Below are positions 1-12,967 of a stretch of 64,000 nt of DNA, piece after piece. The number at the start of each line of letters is the position of its first letter. Position 1 is the first letter of the stretch. Position numbers and translations under genes: made by a program. Location of the stretch: NCBI GenBank assembly GCA_964106645.2, contig OZ067039.1. One strand, 5' to 3'. The DNA comes from Podarcis pityusensis. Lineage: Eukaryota. Under the pieces are notes generated by a model. It saw only the letters and a list, made by a program, of their open reading frames with translations, did no database searches and was not told where the DNA came from.

Positions 1-1747
1 GTGTTTGAAATGTTTGTTTTCTGGTATATGGTTAAACAGAAGTTTCACCAGAAGATGGTGTATTTAATAGAAGGCTTCCACAGGGAGTATGTTGGGGAAA
101 TGTCACCTGGTAGTAACTTTCTCCCCTTCAAAAATGGTTCTGCAAATTTATCTAACATAAACACAGAAGATCACAGAAGTGTAGGGCGGAATGACAACAT
201 GCATATCTACTTGAGGGAAAGTCCGGCCATTCTCAGTGCAGCTCACAAATGAATGTACATGGTTTTCAGTCTCAGGCACTTCAGTCATATTTGTGTGTGT
301 GTGTCTGTGTGTGTATTTGGCAGAAAGAAAGAACATTTTAAATGAATAAATAAAACCTCACCATAATGAATACCATTACTGACCAAATCTACTAATAGCT
401 TACTGTTATGATTGGTGTCCTAATTTCCTCCAACATTTGTAACAAATATTTCTAATTAGAGCTGTCCACATATGGCTTCCCCAAAATGTCTAATATATTT
501 CAAGCCAAGAAATTGCAATGACAATTTCACCAAATTTCTCCAACAGTTTTTTGGGGGATATGACTCACCATTAGCTGTTACAATAACACAGCTCCTTCCT
601 TCCATCTTGTTCTGCTGTTGCAAGGGGAAACGGAGAATATTTGATGAAAATTTTGCAAAGTGGCTTTTTTGGGGAAGCGGGGGAGGCAGGGTGAGAATTT
701 TTTCTCTCTCGAAACAAAATATGTTGGCTCTCTGTGACTAATTTCGCTTGTTAAGGAGGCAGAATCAAAGAATCCCTACTTAGGATTTGCCCCAAGTTGC
801 TTCAAAACTTTCACATGATTAAAAGGAGAAAGTTACTGAATCTTTCCTGTTGCCAGGGAAACTGCCTCCTTGATATTTACCTTGTGAAAGCATCTTCCTC
901 TCTTTGTATTTGAGCAATAGATGTCATAGGATCAGGCCATGATGGTGGAAAGGTTGTATTTATCACCAGAATTGTTTGGGCTTATGGGATTAAAGGGCTC
1001 CGGCTGAGAGAAGGCTTGTTGGTGTGAAGGTGTTTTAGCTTTTATTGATGTCAGTGGCAAGCTGCTGATCTTAGCATTCATGCCATTGTTTAATTCTAAT
1101 TATTCCTTTAAACTTTCTCTGAAGTTTTTATGGCCTCTTTTCAGTTGCAATGACACCTTACATTTGAACATTACTGTTTGATATCAGCCAACCTGAAAGA
1201 AATTATGGCCATTGCATGGATATTTTATCACGCCTGTCAACCTGACTTGGAAATACATTAGGATTTCAGTTCTGGGTAAACTGTAAAGTCCACCTTGAAA
1301 TCACCTCTGATCCCCTTCACCTGAAAGCCTATCATTTATTTCTGACCCAACACATCAACCTCTCTAGTCATAGTAAGATACATTTGATTTAGTGACTCAC
1401 ACAAGAGCAAATTTAATACTGCTATCTGACATGACACTAGTCATTCACCTATTTCATCTTCAAGTTGGTCACCCCTCCTGCTGTAATTCTGGTCTGACTA
1501 AGATTGGTACTATCTAGTGATGGATTCCAAAATACGATGCTTTTTAAATAAACAACAACAAACTGTTCTACTATGTTCAGATCTGAATGGGAAGGGAGGG
1601 GAGAGAACATACTCTCTATGACATTTTCCAGCTAAACTTCCTCATAGACTTCTGGAGGAATAATTTAATTCCCACTTTGTGTAAACATTAAGACACAGAA
1701 AATCTTTTGGAACGGTCCTTGGAAAAAACGAATTGACTTTTATTGAA

Positions 1748-2270
1748 GAACATAATAACAAAGGGAGAACCTTCTGGACCAGGCCAGTGGTCCATCTAAA
1801 CCAGCATCCTGTTCTCACAGTGGCCACACAGATGCCTGTGGGAAACCTGCAAACAGGATTTGAGGACAAGAGCACCCTCCCCCTCCTGCGGTCTTCAGCA
1901 AGTATTGTTCCTTCCAACTATGGAGGTAGAGCATAGTCATCATGACTAGTGGCCATCACTGAGAGCCAGTATGGTGTAGTGGTTAGGAGCGGTAGTCTCG
2001 TAATTTGGGGAACCGCGTTCGCATCTCCACTCCTCCACATGCAGCTGCTGGGTGACCTTGGGCCAGTCACTTCTTTGAAGTCTCTCAGCCCCACTCACCT
2101 CACAAAGTGTTTGTTGTGGGGGAGGAAGGGAAAGGAGAATGTTAGCCGCTTTGAGACTCCTGAAGGGGAGTGAAAGGCGGGATATCAAATCCAAACTCTC
2201 TTCTTCTTCTTCTTCTTCTTCTTCTTCTTCTTCTTCTTCTTCATCAATAGCCCTCTCCTCCATGAGTTTG
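1748..2270 (-). mobile_element. CR1 LINE 3' end/3'UTR remnant, interrupted by a SINE at 1961-2242
   Basis: Reverse-oriented CR1 tail (ggaccaggccagtggtccatctaaaccagcatcctgttctcacagtggcc...) that resumes after the SINE as atcaatagccctctcctccatgagtttg. Confidence 0.75.
1961..2242 (+). mobile_element. Squam3-like tRNA-derived SINE with (TTC)n tail
   Basis: A-box TGGTGTAGTGG, B-box-like GTTCGCATCT, gggtgaccttgggccagtcac core, (ttc)n tail; near-identical copies at 33030, 37511 and 60592. Confidence 0.9.
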
Positions 2271-3009
2271 GTAGTGTAGATGATATCTATTCTACTTTTC
2301 CTTCACATGTGGCTCATTGCAAAGGGCAGTTCTACCCTATAACTCCTACTTCTTTAATAGGTACAAATCAGAGTGTTTTTGAACATTCTTACTGCAAAAT
2401 CCTATACATGTCTATTCAGAAATAAGTCTCGCTCTGATCAGTGGGATCCCAGGTAAGTGTGTCTATCCACAAGATTGCAACCTTAGACACTTTTTGTTTT
2501 CTTTGAAAAGAGACTTCTGCTGCTCCCACTAGAAAGAGCTTTGAGTTAAGGGCAAGCTGAAAATCAATATTTTTCTTCTCTCTTCTGGGATGGCATTTCT
2601 CTGTCTTAAATCTTTAAATCTCTCAGGTGGAAGGTTACCAAACTTTTATTGGTTATGAAGGTGTAAATTATTAGTGAGGTCTGCATGACTCTTGCTTCCT
2701 TCCCCCTGTTGTCCTTATTCTCTCTTTTTCTTGATGGGTGAATTTTATGTGTGTGTATCCAACATGCTTGTTTACTCAAAAGTAAGTTTCACCATAAGTG
2801 GAGCTACTCCTGGGTAATAGTGAATAGGACCACAACCCAAGTCAAGCATGCACACCTCAGTTCTGGGATAAACTTATTAGAGCTTTCAGAGTATGACGTT
2901 CTTTTAGTTAGCAGTGAGGAACCTGAATAGATGGAAGGTAGGCAGGAGAAGTGTAACTTTCCCTCCTTGCAATGGTCTTGACAAAAACACCTCTCTGAAG
3001 CTGCTTTTA

Positions 3010-3049
<40 letters not shown>

Positions 3050-3283
3050 TATTATTTATACCCCGCCCATCTGGTTGGGCTTCCCCAGCCACTCTGGGCA
3101 GCTTTCAACAAAATATTAAAATACAGTAATGCATCAAACATTAAAAGCTTCCCTAAACAGGGCTGCCTTCAAATGTCTTCTAAAAGTCTGGTAGTTGTTG
3201 TTCTCTTTGATATCTGGTGGGAGGGTGTTCCACAGGGCGGGTGCCACTACCAAGAAGGCCCTCTGCCTGGTTCCCTGTAACTT
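3010..3283 (-). mobile_element. L2 LINE 3' end with (ATT)n tail
   Basis: - strand peptide RQRAFLVVAPALWNTLPPDIK...FRRHLKAALFREAF is typical of the L2 ORF2 C-terminus; microsatellite tail. Confidence 0.85.
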
Positions 3284-3750
3284 ACATTGCAAAGGAAGCC
3301 TCCTTTGGTACCAATGGAGGTTTTCTTTGAAACGCAAAACAGCACAAAAAAGAGAGTTCAACCTCCTTGGCCATCCTACATGCCCACAGTCCTGAACAGA
3401 GATGGCATCAAGGGTCAGCACAGTTAGGAACCTGCTGAGGGTCCACACTTTATCAAGATGCCCACTGAGAAAAGACCTGCATCTGCTCCTGCTCTGCACC
3501 ATTGTGACCTGCTGCTTGCTGTGGCCCAGTGGGTGTGAGCAAGAAAAGAACTAGCTATGCCAGAGAATTCTGATGAAAACAGAAGCAGAAAGTGCCATGT
3601 CCTAACTTGGAAATCAGTCCAATGAATGAATACTAATCAGTATTCTCTTGGCATGCTTTAGAATCCTAAACAATCAGACCTTGTGTTGGGCTCTAAACTA
3701 GATAAATATGAAAATGGTGGAGGACGTGGGGATTGGAAGCACCCCCCCCT

Positions 3751-3751
<1 letters not shown>

Positions 3752-3793
<42 letters not shown>
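3752..3793. repeat. Compound (CT)n(CA)n microsatellite
   Basis: Read directly from the sequence. Confidence 0.95.
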
Positions 3794-4213
3794 TGTTTGT
3801 CTTATGTGTTTGCACATGTAAGGAGAGGAAATGTGCAAATAGGGCTTTTGTCTCTGTGATATGCAAAAACCCAATTCTGTTCTTTCCCTTGGACTCCCTG
3901 GGTATTCTCATAGTCCTCATGAATCGTAGCATTTTCATAGCATGGGATGCCAGTCATGCTGAAACCCACAGAATGTTTGAATGATGGATGCCATATAGAA
4001 CGGAAGTAGGCAGCCATCTTGAGGTTGAGGATCACATGCCAATGGCGGGTGGTGCAATAGGTTTGACTCTTATCATTGCTCAGCAAGCTACAGTTTAGTT
4101 ATGTAAAAGTCAGAGGGTTCTACGCGTACACCTCAACACCCAGGCAAACTATGAGGCTTTGGTACAGTTAAAGGACGCATTCGAGCTGAGCAAAAGAACT
4201 GGAAAGGGTATGG

Positions 4214-4217
<4 letters not shown>

Positions 4218-4254
<37 letters not shown>
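4218..4254. repeat. (TG)n microsatellite
   Basis: Read directly from the sequence. Confidence 0.95.
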
Positions 4255-4255
<1 letters not shown>

Positions 4256-4914
4256 ACAGGATGTGGCCTGGGGAGAAGCTGAAGGGTTATATCTGGTCCA
4301 TGGGCCTGAGATTCTCCACCCCTGGTATAAAACTCAAAATGTATCATAAAACAGCAAAGGGTTGTTATATTTTGTGAATAACTGGCACAGCTGCCATGTT
4401 GCTGATCTCACCAATTTTTCTTATCTAGGCTGATGGATAAGAAGTTTTTTAACTTATCAATTATTTACACAGTGCCATCTCTGTGCATTTCACAGAGCGG
4501 TGAAAGAGACAGTTACTTCAGCCAAGAACTTGCAGCCTAAAATTAGATAAGGAGTGGGTGGCAATAAGAGTCAAAAGTTTTCGATGCAAGTCAGTGTCTG
4601 AATGCAATTGCACATCTCCTTTTGGAGTGGGGTTTGTGTGGGCAGTAAGGAGAAAGAGAAGAAGTACTGGAAGAGCTTCGGGGAATAAGCGGGTTCTGAG
4701 GACATGCCTGAAACATCAGGGAAAGGTGGCACTGTTTCATTGGCCCTCCTGGCTTGTGGTACCAGGAGGGCCTGAGTTAAGCTGTAGTTTTACTTTTCAG
4801 TTCAGGAGTTCTGAGTAGCCAGTAGGCTGCAGAGTTGTTTGTTGTTTTTTTAATGTGGGCTTCTTGTTTGTAAAATCCCAGGTGGTTATCCGAATGTCTC
4901 TTTGTAATACAGTA

Positions 4915-5172
4915 CAGTGGTACCTCGGGTTAAGTACTTAATTTGTTCCGGAGGTCTGTACTTAACCTGAAACTGTTCTTAGCCTGAAGCACCACTTTAG
5001 CTAATGGGGCCTCCTGCTGCTGCCGTGCTGCTAGAGCATGATTTCTGTTCTCATCCTGAAGCAAAGTTCTTAACCTGAGGCAGTATTTCTGGGTTAGCGG
5101 AGTCTGTAACCTGAAGCGTATGTAACCTGAAGCGTGTGTAACCTGAAGCGTATGTAACCCGAGGTACCACTG
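4915..5172. mobile_element. Tc1/mariner-pogo (Tigger-like) MITE, family A
   Basis: TIRs CAGTGGTACCTCGGGTT...AACCCGAGGTACCACTG with TA on both sides; further copies at 24094, 34723 and 47785. Confidence 0.92.
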
Positions 5173-6167
5173 TACTTAAGAAGTCCAAATGTTCTAGATT
5201 AGAAGCTCTAGTTTCAATTATTAGTGATGTTGATAGGAATTAATGGCTGAGTCAATTCCTGAAGGTCCAAACTAGGGCTTATTGCTAGGCTTTGCAGAGA
5301 AGAAGCTTGAAGTGACTAAGGAAATGAGCAAGGAAATGAGCAAGGAGCGTATCAGAGAAGGCAAATTTAACTCCTCTTTTTCTAGGGTCAATGGAGAAGC
5401 CCTTTGCTTACTCTCTCCCTCACCCCCGACCAGGTTGTATCCAGTAATGATGACCCAGGTGTTTCATTCCTTCTTTACTAGCTTGAGACAATGTATTCAA
5501 CAATTCATCTCAGGAAGCCCTGTCCCAGAAATAAATGTTTCATGTCCTATCTCAAACTGCCATTCAAATGAAATGTATAAAATGTGGATCATACCCTCAG
5601 GATTTTCTTCTTATCATAGGGGGCTGTTTTAAATTAAATGAAATGTGTGAGATTTGGACACAAACTGGCAGGCTGCTTTTGTAGGCTGTTGCTCAAAGAA
5701 AAATACAAATGTTTGAAGTGATTTTAATGTGCCACTGTCTTGACTAAATCCCTGCACACTCATTCTTATTTCTAATCTTTGTATCATTCATTCATTTCTT
5801 TACTTTTAATTAACTATATATCTCTATTTTGTGGTTGCTCACTTTAAAAAGACATAAATCATTCCAACCCTTCCTCATCCCAAGTCACATCAAAAGGCAA
5901 AATTAAAATGACTCTGGAGGGATACAGAAGTTATGTAAGAGAGGCAACACCTGAGAAATGATCAATAATCTATGTATAATATTTTCAGAGCAAAAGCACT
6001 GGAAAAGCACTTTTTGCTCCTTTTAGAATTATTAGGCTAATATTTTTGTTCAGGTTGATTTTACATAATCAGTTTCTGATTATGTTCTGTTTTCTTCTGA
6101 GGTTGTGTAGGGGGGAAGAGGAGATATAAAAGAGAAGGGATAAAGAAGGGGACCAAGTAGTAGAAAG

Positions 6168-6250
6168 AGGAAAGGAAAGGAAAGGAAAGGAAAGGAAAGG
6201 AAAGGAAAGGAAAGGGAGATTTAAATGTCTGTATGTGAATGTGAATGTGA

Positions 6251-6283
<33 letters not shown>
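6168..6283. repeat. (GGAAA)n followed by (GTGAAT)n/(GT)n microsatellites
   Basis: Read directly from the sequence. Confidence 0.9.
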
Positions 6284-6286
<3 letters not shown>

Positions 6287-6968
6287 AGATGGAAGGATGG
6301 ATGGGTGGATAAGTATGGGGAGTGTGGGCAGATGAGAGAGAATGGGATGTGTGGTTGTGTGTGTAAAATGTCCCTCGCCATATTTGGCCTTTTTCCTGAG
6401 CACTTTTGTCATGTGGCCCCCAGAATGCAAGTCAGGATGGAATGTGGCCCTTGCCCTACAGAAGTGACCTTCTGTTCCCATCCATCACCTCCAATTTCCA
6501 TTCTGAATCTTCTGCCATTTTGTCCCAAGCTGTTATAATAAAGAACAAGGCCATGACATAAAACAAAAACTCAGCCTAAATCCCAGAAATTCTGGGTTTC
6601 TCACTTTGCCCACCTACCACAACCATCAGCTGAGAGGGTTACCCATACTAGATTCCAGAGTTAGCTCCTTGCAGTTTTCAGTTGGAGTGGTTAAAAAAAG
6701 CTGTAGCCCACATTCAGGTCAACTTCTGTTGTAGACAGGTTCGAATAATGGCCATATTTCATTCCCAGCATGAAGCAGGTGCAGCAGGTTTCCTTCCATA
6801 CTGCTTGGATTATGTGCCAGGAGTCCACATAGCTGCTCCTGCCTATGTTAACATATGCACAGAGCCAGACTGCACATTATGTGAGCTCTGCAGCTGGGCC
6901 TTTGTATGATGGTGCTCTCTTTCTTCATATAAATCGCTAGTATATGCAATGCGTGTGTGTGCAAGTAT

Positions 6969-7243
6969 AGGTTGCATTCAGTGCTACGTGCACAGTTGCA
7001 CTTGTGCAGTGGGAGATCCCCTTCCTCACCTCTTCCTGTGTAACTCTTTTGAATAAGAAGGAACAGTTTGGGGAAAGCTCCTGCATACAAGATGCTTCCC
7101 TGTTCTAGAGTTTCCTCTGACCCCCCCCCCCCGAACAGATTTTGAGGGTGCACAGGGTGGGCTGCAAGGGAGAGGAGAGGGAAGTTCTGTTGTGCGAGTG
7201 GGTGCCTGTTGTGGCAGCAGAAAGATAGTGGTGGATACAACCC
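6969..7243. mobile_element. Degenerate palindromic non-autonomous DNA element carrying a 58-bp extra segment (7044-7101)
   Basis: Imperfect TIRs ggttgcattca...tggatacaacc; internal inverted segments cttcctcacctcttcc / ggagaggagagggaag. Confidence 0.5.
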
Positions 7244-7458
7244 ACAGATTGGAACTTTAATGCAACCAGTTCTACACACACACACACACCTGCCTGCAAT
7301 TTGCACGGGGGGAACTCCCACTGAAGCCAACAGGAGTGACTATTAGGTCTTATGGATACCATTGACTAGAAATGCAATAATCCTGAGAGTTCTCACAACT
7401 TGCACTGTCTGATAGAAAAATCCAGAGAGGTTTCCAAATTTCATTCTTGTCTCCAGTA

Positions 7459-7587
7459 CACTGGCGGAGGAAGGGGTGTGCAGTGGGTGTGGCCCACCCC
7501 GGGTATCATCCCGGGGAGGGGGTGACATCGTCATGCCGCCCCCCTGGGACGCTTGCCATGGGCAGCCCCGCCCCTGCTCCGCCTCTG
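7459..7587. mobile_element. hAT-type MITE (129 bp)
   Basis: TIR cactggcggag...ctccgcctctg; perfect 8-bp TSD ctccagta at 7451-7458 and 7588-7595; related to the element at 28336. Confidence 0.85.
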
Positions 7588-8678
7588 CTCCAGTAGGCAA
7601 AGTTCTAATAAATGACACTTTACCATGTCATTTCACATTTTTCTGGTTTTGTGCCACATCTTTTTGATGCATTAGACAGGCCGGCTGAAACTTAAAGGGT
7701 GGCTGAATATTTTAATAGCAGCATCACAGCAGCATATGCCAACCATGGCTAGGAGACTGTCCTTTGAATTTTGAGTTCACACAAATGCACCAGTCCTTCA
7801 TGTACAGGGGATTTTCTCTCTTTTGAATAAGAAGGAACAGTTTGGGGAAAGCTCCTGCATACAAGATGCTTCCCTTCTCTTAGAAGAGAACAAGAAGGCC
7901 TAAACACAAAGGATTTTGCAGACCTTTTGAAATAATACTGAAATGGAACACCAGGCTATGGTTCTGAAACAGATAACCCATACATCTACAGCTTCCATAC
8001 TAAGGATGTACAAAATATACCCCTTTTCCAGGGAGTTTTTTTGCTTTTGCTTCCTCAACTTCTCATATAGCCTGTGGGATGTCTTTGATAAACTTGCTTT
8101 TCTGGAAAACTTCTGTGCGTACAAAGTTCTTCCTCCCTTACACAAAAAAGCACAATTGATTTTATAGCAAAGGGCTGGCACGTACATTTTAACTACTTGT
8201 GGATGGAAAAGACATATCAAAATGGGCATGTCACGGAGAGAAGTGCAACGCTGATCAGCATTCCTACTCATGTGTGTTCTGCTGTGAATTCAGTCTCTGT
8301 TCCTGACCTTCTCTAAACAGTTTTGAGAGAGAATGTGGACATCTAGCTGCTAATTATATTCCTATGCTCACCCTGGTGCTCCAACAGTGAGATGTTCCAG
8401 GGGTTTAGCGCTCGCCCAGGTTTGGTTTCCTTTGGAAGGAGGGCACAGGGGGCTGACCAAGAGTGTTGGTCTGAAAAATTCAGATGCGAGAGAGGTCCTG
8501 TTGAATATGAAATCTGACAAACTGCAGACAAGCAGGTCCATGGGCTTTGTGCTATGCCCCTTTAGAGTTGATTTTGGGAGAACTAAAATGGGTTTCCCTT
8601 TCTGGGTAAAACCATTTGCTCTGGATTCCGTTCTTGACCTGGTGGTCTTTCACAGTAAAGCTTTCCCTCTTTGATCAC

Positions 8679-8718
<40 letters not shown>

Positions 8719-8761
8719 TTATTTATACCCCACCCATCTGGCTGGGTTTCCTCAGCCACTC
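8679..8761 (-). mobile_element. L2 3' tail fragment, same family as 3010-3283
   Basis: (AAT)n followed by ttatttataccccacccatctggctgggtttcc, shared with the 3010 copy. Confidence 0.8.
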
Positions 8762-10024
8762 CTATTTCTGGTGTTTGCTCTTCCTCCATCACTGGTGCTA
8801 TTTCTTATAAGGGAAGGTTAGGGGTACTGATCTTTGGTTTTAGTAAAAACATTTCTGCAGCATTTCTTTTCCTTTTTCCTTTAAATCTTGAATGCCAGGG
8901 TACCACGAAGTGTTTCAGGAGTTCCCACTTCAATTCATGCCATTTCATGCAGCTTCCATTTCACCTCTAACTATCTTAAAATTCTTCCAAGGCACCCGCT
9001 TTGGTTCATGAATCCAGTGCATGTCCCTGCTGTCAAAGCGCCTTTGTCAAGTCCAGCTGTGGCCTCAGAGCAGCCCACACTGTTGGTCCTACACAAAGAA
9101 ATTCAAATGGAAACCATAACGTCATTCTACTGATGGAAAGGAAAGCATGGGTGATCAGTGAGGTTGAGAATAATTGTCTGCACAGCAATATCCGTGTTGG
9201 AAACTAAACCTGGTGATTTTCTGTGTCTGTATTTAGTATTAATCATGTCTTGACCCATTTTAAGTCTCCAAGTTAGATTCATCATTAATATGACGTGTTC
9301 CTGCTGATATCTTAATTAAATTCACTGTCCATAAACTGTGATAAAAGCTGATCATCTTCATCAGGCAAAAGGAGATATTTCATAGAAATGTGTAGAGGAA
9401 AGGTATTAGTACCTGAGGAAATCCCTACTTAGATTTTCCCATTTGCAATCACCAGCCAAAGCAGATCATTTATAACATTGGGTATGTGTTAGCACTGTGG
9501 CTCTGAGATATTTTTTTTTTTTTACTTAATTGGGAGGATTAGAATTTTTAATTTTGCTTTTTACCTGATCTGAGTGTAACTAAACACTCCTGGGTGAAAC
9601 TGTAAAATATAATCAAACTAATGGATAACAAGAGCTGTAGAATCAGAAGCCTAAAACGTCATGCTTGTAATAGATAAACCAAGTTGAGTGCCATTTATGT
9701 GCAACAGCTGGGCACATTAATTTTTTATTTATTTTTTTGTCCACAGCACTGCAAGTATCTTTATAAGCAGTTACATGAAAATAATCTGGGGTCATGCCCA
9801 GTCTTTTTAATGGTTGTATGTATGAAAAATCCCCAAAGTTTGTTTAGTGATTGATTGATTGATTGATTGAATGCATTTTTATCCCGATATTCCTCCAAAG
9901 AACTCAAGGTGGAGCACATAGTTATCCTTACAACAAACCTGCAAAGTAAGATCACTCAGTGAGCTTCATGGCTGAGCGGGGAGTTGAAGCCTTGCCTCCC
10001 AGGTCCTAGCCCAACACTCTAACT

Positions 10025-10209
10025 CAGGGTTGGTCAAACTTATTTCAAAGAGGGTCAGATTTGATGAAGTGAACATGTGTGAGGGCTGACCAAAGTTGTT
10101 GAGCTTTTTTTTTTAGGATTTTACCCCAGGACATACACTGCCACTGGAGCCAGATTAAATCGACGGGCAAGCTGGATTAGGCCCCTGAAGCGGACTTTGG
10201 GCATGCCTA
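10025..10209. mobile_element. hAT-type MITE
   Basis: Charlie-like termini cagggttggtcaaac...ctttgggcatgccta. Confidence 0.6.
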
Positions 10210-10217
10210 CTCTATGT

Positions 10218-10470
10218 CATGGGTAGACAAACTAAGGCCCGGGGGCCAAATCCGGCCCAATCGCCTTCTAAATCCAGCCCGCGGACGGTCCAGGAATCAG
10301 CGTGTTTTTACATGAGTAGAATGCGTGCTTTTATTTAAAATGCATCTCTGGGTTATTTGTGTGGTATAGGAATTCGTTCTTTTTCTTCTTCTTCAAAATA
10401 TAGTCTGGCCCCCCACAAGGTCTGAGGGACAGTGGACCGGCCCCCTGCTGAATAGGTTTGCTGACCCCTG
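10218..10470. mobile_element. hAT (Charlie-like) MITE, family B
   Basis: TIR catgggtagacaaac...gtttgctgacccctg; a second copy in opposite orientation at 43544-43796 has a perfect 8-bp TSD. Confidence 0.85.
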
Positions 10471-12287
10471 CAGTCTAACTGCTTCACCACACTTTCTTGT
10501 CTAAGTGAAGGAGAAGTGGATTTCAATTGATTTCAACCACCCATCTAGACACTGAACCAACCCCAGCCCTGCTTACCTTCCACAAGGTAGCTTCATTGTT
10601 GCAGGGGGTCAGATAATGACCGGGGAACAAATCCAACTTCCGCTGCTAGACTTGACGGCCAAACTGCCTTCTGGGAGAACATGCACCTGGAATGATAATG
10701 GAAGTAGAATGCTTCCCTCACATTCAGTAGCAGATGGTGGGACGAAGCAGCCTGACCTGCAGGCGGAGTAGTCACTGCTGTTTATGAGGGTGGGAGGAGC
10801 AAATGTCAGGGAGGTCAGCACTGTGCTACTGCACTGGCAGAAGCACTGTGTTGCCTCCACTAGTGCATGTGCAGAATGCTGACCTTCCTGCTACCTTGTC
10901 CCTCCCACGCTTCCAGTAAGCAGTAGCAAGCCACCTGCTGAGAGGGCAAGAAAGTGCCGTTGCTCCATCCCACCATGCTTTGCAGCTAATGTTCACTTTT
11001 ACTTTTAAAAAAGTGTCAAAACTAAAACAGAAGAAGAAGGGACAATCTAAACAAGAACGAACATCCTAATTAGAAATGCATAGGGTGGAACAGCAAAATC
11101 ACCTGTCAGTTATTCTTTAAAGAGTACAGCTATACCCATGAGTATACCTTTCTGCATCTTTTAAAGAAACACAACTAATCTTGGGCAGGTGCTGGATAAC
11201 TTGCAAAGAGATGACATGCAAACATTGATTATTTCAGAACCACTTTAGGCAGCTTCTGACCGCTGCGCTATCCTGAATGCCATCAGTCGCAGGTTCGCCT
11301 GAACAGCTTCAGTAATTGTATTAGACAGAAAAAACAAAAACAAAACTGAAAATTTGGGTCAGATCAGCCTAAAAAAAAATATGGAAAAGTAAAATTATCT
11401 TAAATATTTTGTATCACGTACAGTGTCATCCTAAGCATATTTGATCAGAATCAAGCTCTAGTATATTCAGTCAGCTTTATTCTCAGGTTAAGTCGACAAA
11501 GGATTGTATCCTTATTCAAGACAGCAACACCTTCTCTCCTTTAAGCTTAAAAAGCATATGAGACATTTTGTTCTGAAGGCTGCATCTAGAAAAGGCCTTG
11601 CTATAAATACATATGCAGCTCATTCTCTTCTCCTCATTAGATGCTGAATACCTGGGCTCCGCTGCCTATAGTTAAATGTGACAACAAGGCCTACGAAGCA
11701 GGCATTGAAAAACATGCGTATCTCTGTGTGTCTAGTTTTGCAGGAAAAGAGCAGACTTTCCTGTGATATAATGAGGGTTGTATGTAATTATATTGCTACC
11801 ATGTATCTGGCAAACACAGGTATTTTTGAACTTTAAGGTCTGAGTTTATTTCACTTTTAAAAAACCCTTCATGTTCTTTCATTTTTGAGAGAGAAAAGAG
11901 AGAAAGAAAAAGAAACAAATGCTAGCTGCTACAAGCCTTGCACTTTCAGTTTTGTCACCTCAACACGATGTCAAGGTTTTTGTGCTGCGTCTCTCTCTGT
12001 GTTTTCCATGTGAAATTCTTAACCCCATTGCACTTGTCACATTATTATTTTCTTACCACCTTTACAAAGAAGTATGAAAAAGTGCTTCCTTCGTAACTGT
12101 GCCAATTAGCTTGCTCTATTTATCTTATGAACTTAAAAGGAAATGATTAAAAAGACCCATGCTCCTAGAGAGTATAATTTACTAAATTTAGATTTAACCA
12201 TAATCATACATTGTCAACACCCAGTATATAAGTAACTTATATTGTGGTGGTTGCCAGCCTGTTTTCTTGAACTAATATGCAACTGAT

Positions 12288-12610
12288 CTTCACACAGTGC
12301 ATAGTTAAACTATGGAACTCGTTCCCACAGCAGGCAGTCATGGCCAACAATTTGCATTACTTTGAAAGAGGATTAGACCTATCCATAGAGGAGAGGGCTA
12401 TTGATGACTACTAGCTGTGCTGGCTATGCTCTGCCTCCAATCGGAGGCAACAATGCTTTGAAATTTGCTGGAAACCACAGGAGAGGAGAGTGTTCCTCTG
12501 CTAGAATACTTATTGCTGGTTCCTCACAGGAAACTGTTTGACCACTATGAGAATTGATGCCAGACTGAATGAGCCATTGGCCTGATGCAGCAGGCTCTTC
12601 TTATGTTCCT
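12288..12610 (+). mobile_element. CR1 LINE 3' end
   Basis: ttcacacagtgcatagttaaactatggaactc...ggctcttcttatgttcc matches the CR1 ORF2 end plus tail. Confidence 0.8.
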
Positions 12611-12724
12611 TTTTTCCATTTAGGACACTGGATGTCTGCTAAAGGCACTGTGTTGGCTCTAGAGAAAAGCAAATGAGACTCAGCCCTCGAAAGAGGACTT
12701 CTGTGTCTCCTTCTACCATCACTT

Positions 12725-12967
12725 CAGCCCAAAGGTTCTCCATCGCACACCTGAACTGTGGAACACCCTCCCTGTCAGAGATGCCTGAGCATCAACTGTG
12801 ACATCTTTCGTGGAGGACTGTATAATCTGTGTGCCAATGCTTTTTAGCCCACTGGATTATTTGTTGTGGTTGGTTCTCAATAGTTTTAAATTTTATTGTA
12901 AGCCACCCTGTGATCTTAGTTCCAGGAAAGGTGGGCTATAAATTGAGCTAAGAAATAAATAAACAAA
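12725..12967 (+). mobile_element. Degenerate L2 3' end
   Basis: ctgtggaacaccctccct (LWNTLP), tail ttgtaagccaccctg, AAAT repeats. Confidence 0.55.

Larger units (their letters stand above)
9848..10495 (-). mobile_element. Old tRNA/CORE-type SINE interrupted by two adjacent hAT MITEs
   Basis: gagcttcatggctgagcggggagttgaa...cccaacactctaact resumes after 10470 as tctaactgcttcaccacact; (GATT)n tail. Confidence 0.6.

Noticed and set aside
2390-2485. Structured ncRNA hairpin (similar copies near 2760, 11420, 13290, 51945 and 60255)
   Set aside because: Recurrent degenerate ~90-bp palindromic repeat, more simply an old high-copy MITE; boundaries too uncertain to list
5100-5165. CRISPR-like array
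   Set aside because: Contiguous 16-bp units without spacers, inside a eukaryotic MITE
7044-7875. TRIM/LTR element bounded by 58-bp direct repeats
   Set aside because: No TG..CA termini, PBS, PPT or TSD, and the first repeat lies inside another element
10603-10770. Possible coding exon after ttgcag
   Set aside because: All frames close quickly, there is no good donor site, and no peptide is recognisable
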